Assembly: GCA_002104905.1 (NCBI GenBank)
Contig: MCFE01000057.1
Span: 62,001 to 126,000 of the forward strand
Origin: Basidiobolus meristosporus CBS 931.73
Taxonomy: Eukaryota; Fungi; Basidiobolomycota
Length of the DNA: 64,000 bases
Reading direction: 5' to 3'
Shown here: positions 59,999-64,000 of the stretch, piece by piece
How the letters are laid out: each line of letters begins with the position of its first letter
How positions within the stretch are numbered: the stretch's first letter is position 1
The notes under the pieces: generated by a model
The model's input: the letters and a program-made list of their open reading frames with translations, nothing else
Databases searched by the model: none
What the model was told of the DNA's origin: nothing
Position numbers and translations under genes: made by a program

Positions 59999-61498
59999 AT
60001 GAAATCTAACATATTGAGCTCACTGTTCCTGATTGCCACATGTTCCGCTGGTATTATGTACATACCAAAAGGGTCTCATAAATCGCCCTCCGATTACCAC
60101 GAAAAACCCGGCCGCCACCGTATAGCAGAGCAGAACTATTCCGAAGACTACTACAAACCTCCCAAGGCTCTGCTCACCAATGGTGTCTCCAAGCCTCCAG
60201 TGGATGAGGCCATGGCCAAATATGGTGATGACCGGGAATATCCTGGCAACTCGCAGCGAATCGGGCAAAATGAAAATAGGATTGATTCAACTAGCGATGA
60301 GGAGCCCAAAATAGAATATTCACCAGCAGTGGCCGCCGACGAAGGTGAAGGTCACTACAGAGTGGCAAGAAGCTTGTATCGATCGGACGCTGACGGTGAT
60401 GGTGATGACAATCAATCGTCAAAATACGATAACCAGCCACCAAAGCCTGCCAACCATCCTAAGGTGGTTGACCAGCATTCTCAGTACCGAAAGAATGACG
60501 AGGTTAATGGCAAATCAGCAAAGAAAGATGCGAAACCAGCCAAAAATGACTACGAGAGTGGCGCTCGTTTTTCTGCCAAGAAAGATAGCGGCTTGTTTGC
60601 AAAGAGTGCCGACTACAAGCAATCCAAACATACAGGCAGCACGGAGGGAAAGTCATCGGGCAAAGAAGATGGCTATTCTGCTGGTGGTAAAGAGGATTCC
60701 GATGAATACGGTAATTCGAAACAAAAGGCGACCCCTAAGTCTGAAGTGCCTCATGAAAAGAAAAGGATCGATCAACAACCCAATTCAAAATACACTGTTG
60801 AATCAGGTGCCACACAGGGGAAAGGACCATCGAAAAAGAGCGACCATCAGAACAACAGTAAGGATTCACCTGTCATTGAAGATGATTACAACGGTGGGAA
60901 TAGCAAGCCTAATGCTGAGGTAAAGAAAGATGCGAACTACAAGCATGATTCGAAGAAGGATATGGACTACAAGCACAAAGTGGATGATTCCAAGAAGGAT
61001 GTGAACTACAAGCACAAGATCAATGATTCGAAGGATGCAAATTATAAGGAGAAGATCAATGATGAGAACAAGGCTGATGAACCCAGGAGACGTAAGGATT
61101 CCTCGCACAAGAAACCCTATGGGGAGGGAAAACAAATGGACGGAAAACCAGCCGGCAATCATAAGAAGCCAAACGATGCCAGCAACGCCAAGGTTGCCAA
61201 AGGGGAAAATTATAGATTAGAAGGTTCACCCCAGGACAATGCTCGCCCTTACAAGAAGGTCCACAAATCGGTTGATAAAGAAATGCCTGATGTTGACGAT
61301 TACGTGGAGAAGGAATCGGCGAGGGAAAGCAAAGATACCGAATATGATCACGATGACGGATCCCAGGAAGATGAAGATGTAGACGAAGAAGAAGGCAAAG
61401 AGACCAATGAAGATGAAGATGACGATGGGGATAAGAACGACAGTGAGGATGGAGATAAGGACGACGGTGCGGATGAGGATGAGGATGATTCCGAGTAA
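59999..61498 (+). CDS. Secreted low-complexity K/D/S-rich protein with YKH repeats and acidic tail, 499 aa
   Basis: 1.5-kb open frame; signal-like MKSNILSSLFLIATCSA; TATAAA at 59915 favours ATG 59999 over 59930. Confidence 0.8.
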   Translation: MKSNILSSLFLIATCSAGIMYIPKGSHKSPSDYHEKPGRHRIAEQNYSEDYYKPPKALLTNGVSKPPVDEAMAKYGDDREYPGNSQRIGQNENRIDSTSDEEPKIEYSPAVAADEGEGHYRVARSLYRSDADGDGDDNQSSKYDNQPPKPANHPKVVDQHSQYRKNDEVNGKSAKKDAKPAKNDYESGARFSAKKDSGLFAKSADYKQSKHTGSTEGKSSGKEDGYSAGGKEDSDEYGNSKQKATPKSEVPHEKKRIDQQPNSKYTVESGATQGKGPSKKSDHQNNSKDSPVIEDDYNGGNSKPNAEVKKDANYKHDSKKDMDYKHKVDDSKKDVNYKHKINDSKDANYKEKINDENKADEPRRRKDSSHKKPYGEGKQMDGKPAGNHKKPNDASNAKVAKGENYRLEGSPQDNARPYKKVHKSVDKEMPDVDDYVEKESARESKDTEYDHDDGSQEDEDVDEEEGKETNEDEDDDGDKNDSEDGDKDDGADEDEDDSE

Positions 61499-61706
61499 GC
61501 TTGCGAATATGCTTTATAGATAGCGCATAGCCAGTAAATACTATGAATAAAAGACACTCTACTACACACACGACCATTCTACAAACCGGTGCTCTTTATT
61601 TAAAGATATCGTATGGAAAAGAACACTAGCACATCATGCTCGAAAGATTAGTCCCTAGACTTGCATGTTAGCGACATACTTGCGAAGCATATTCCCAGAA
61701 AATCAC

Positions 61707-63202
61707 CTACATCTCCTTATCGTCGTCGTTAACATAAATATCACGCAGCGCCTCCCTGAGGGTCTCCTTTTCTTCCTCATTGGGGCGTCGATGGGTGATT
61801 TGAAGATGAGTGGGCTTCTTGTAGGGCTCAGCACCACGCTTGCTCTGTACATTGCACCAACCATTAGTAATTGTCAACATGCCGACCTTGAGAAAACAGT
61901 ACCAACCTTAGCCCGTTTCTTCTTGAGCACCAGACGAGATCTAATCGGTACGTAATGTGCCGTTTTATCCTCCCCGAGGTAAACCATCAGCTGAGTGAAG
62001 CTGGTACAAGGGACGCTTTCGTAGGTGTAGTCACGAACCCATTCGTAATCGTAAGACTGTACATGTGTAAGTTTCTTCACTGTAAACGCACAATCAACAG
62101 CAGTCTGAAATATACCGTCTCTTCCTCCAATTCATCTGCTTTTCGTTTCTTCAGTTTCTCGGTAGCACTTTCTGTGGGAAGGAAAAATGCCAGGAATGTC
62201 TCGCTAGGGTCGTGTGGATTCTGCATTGGCTTGAGGATGGAGTTGGTAGATTTCGTCAAGTCAGCATTGCTTGAAGAGGACTACAGAAAGAATGGTTGTA
62301 TAAGTAAAGACATCTAGAGAATATCAAGGCGACAGGCATGCATACTTTATCCTCTACAGTTGGATCGGGAAATCCGTCGTATGAACACTGAGTATAGGAG
62401 CTTCCTAAACGCTGGAAATCCGGGAATATAGGTGTGATTTCTACAGGCTTGATATTGGGGTTTTTGGGATGCTTCAGCTTGGACATCAAATCTGGATCGT
62501 TTGCACTCTTGAAGGTACGCTCGACTGACGCTATCTGACCCTCCAAAGAATAGTCTATATCTTCTAAGCCCTTTGTAGCGGAAAGACCAAAGCTACGAAG
62601 AACGCTGTTATTCAACTGAACCTTCATAGGCAAGAGGGAAATGGAACTTGCCTGCTTTCAACTGCTTTCCCTTTTGGAGAAGAGCGAGTAATTTCTGAAG
62701 AGATATACTCGGTACGACGTAACCAAGGTACAAATTGACGTGAACGCGCGCCAAAACCCTCCGCGGGAGGTTTCACTAAGAGTGCTCGGTCCTTTGGATC
62801 AAGTTTGGCACTAGGGTTGGGCTTTTCTTTAAAGCACGAAAACGCGAAAATGAGAAGACCTGCCTGAAGTGGCGACTTCAGATACTCGTGCCAACGTACC
62901 TTTTCTTTTCGAAAAAGCATCGAGCTGAAAAAGATCGATGGGCATCCCCAGATCAGCATTGGTGTGTAGGGGGTATGGTGTGCTCTCTACTAGGCTGGAA
63001 TGACGGTACTCTACGAATCTCTCGGTGCTTTTGGGAACATCCAGGAGTTTAGGTACAAATGGAGGCGGTGGAAGCGCAGTTTGGTACCGCACATTGCATA
63101 AAAACTCGGCGCCAAATCTGTTTACAGGCATCGATACTTAATTCATCTAGCACTCTTTGCGAAAATAAATGTGTTGCTTAGGTACCTTTTTGAAGTAGAC
63201 AT
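61707..63202 (-). CDS. PAF1: RNA polymerase II-associated factor Paf1 (exons 63202-63186, 63117-62900, 62826-62652, ~62592-62346, 62280-62116, 62056-61907, 61844-61707)
   Basis: FLCNVRYQTALPPPPFVPK, DLGMPIDL, VPWLRRTEYIS, YEWVRDY motifs; exon joins in frame; acceptor of intron 3 ambiguous. Confidence 0.85.
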
Positions 63203-63513
63203 GATTTGTGCGATTGAAAGAGAAGTATAGAACTATTTGCCTTCGATTGACGCCAAAATATCTACACGAAATTGTGTAAAAGAACCACCTCTAGTCAAGT
63301 GAAATTTCACAAGGACACTTAACTCTCATATATAAGCGAATATTTAATTGATGAAGATAACCATTTGAATTTGATTTAATCACGTTGTTCGTATTTTTGA
63401 CTTTATTTGTTTTTACGAGGTTATTAAATATTGTATAGAAAACCAGAGCCGACGTTCCGGCCCAACTATATACATTGAAATGATAGCAAAGGTGCACGAT
63501 GTATCGCGAAAAT

Positions 63514-63912
63514 TTATAATTCTTGAGATTCACCCTCCTTCTTGGACTTCTTGGGCAACAAGCTTCCGTGAATGTTGGGAAGAACACCACCCTGGGCGAT
63601 GGTCACGTTGCTCAACAACTTGTTCAACTCCTCATCGTTACGAATGGCGAGTTGCAAGTGACGAGGAATGATTCTGGTCTTCTTGTTGTCGCGAGCGGCG
63701 TTACCGGCCAATTCGAGAATTTCGGCTGCGAGGTATTCAAGGACGGCGGCAAGGTACACGGGGGCACCGGCGGCGATACGTTGTGAGTAGTTACCCTTAC
63801 GCAAGTGACGATGGATACGACCGACGGGGAACTGAAGACCAGCCTTGCTAGAGCGAGACTTGGATCCACCAGTAACGGCCTTACCACTTTTACCACCAGC
63901 TTTACCAGACAT
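63514..63912 (-). CDS. HTA1: Histone H2A, second copy, protein identical to 54481-54879
   Basis: Three synonymous differences from copy 1; TATATAAA upstream near 63986-63979. Confidence 0.98.
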   Translation of the reverse strand: MSGKAGGKSGKAVTGGSKSRSSKAGLQFPVGRIHRHLRKGNYSQRIAAGAPVYLAAVLEYLAAEILELAGNAARDNKKTRIIPRHLQLAIRNDEELNKLLSNVTIAQGGVLPNIHGSLLPKKSKKEGESQEL

Positions 63913-64000
63913 AATGAATTAGAGCTTTGAAGGGATCAGAAATTTGATTAGAGAAACCTCCAGGCATCCATCCGATATTTATATAAAAACGAATGTATCA

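Noticed and set aside
63118-63131. PAF1 start at ATG 63131
   Set aside because: A 17-nt upstream exon with a GT...CAG intron joins in frame, placing this ATG in the intron; not proven without RNA data
53776-63896. Alternative-frame and antisense ORFs over H2A, thiolase, AKR and the secreted genes
   Set aside because: Shadows of codon bias and low complexity in the real genes
1-64000. tRNA, rRNA or H2B genes
   Set aside because: None recognised; the only tRNA-related sequence is the 12-nt PBS

Overview
Eukaryotic (fungal) genomic DNA; the short spliceosomal introns, H2A ending in SQEL and a Pcl-type cyclin point to a fungus, and an early-diverging lineage is my inference only. Positions 1 to about 51,350 are an AT-rich, CpG-poor block of nested transposon debris: four decayed copies of a two-gene CACTA/En-Spm-like element, a PIF/Harbinger-type MITE/foldback family (TWA target duplications), two Ty1/copia families that both use a half-tRNA-iMet primer site (GGTTATGAGCCC), a 1,197-bp solo LTR, and from 30.5 to 51.2 kb a stack of copia family 1 copies inserted into one another. 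From about 51,350 the DNA is CpG-rich and gene-dense: Pcl-like cyclin, secreted Gly-rich protein, histone H2A, AP-2 sigma, peroxisomal thiolase, Kv-beta-like aldo-keto reductase, secreted K/D-rich repeat protein, PAF1 and a second, inverted H2A encoding an identical protein. The most notable signals are the self-nesting Ty5-like cluster (candidate centromeric/heterochromatic target site, with an LISSPP motif in integrase), inverted copies of element junctions with short perfect cores, a CpG-retaining promoter plus 73-bp satellite inside the solo LTR, and the homogenised inverted H2A pair. All alignments and counts were done by eye; boundaries of decayed elements are approximate.
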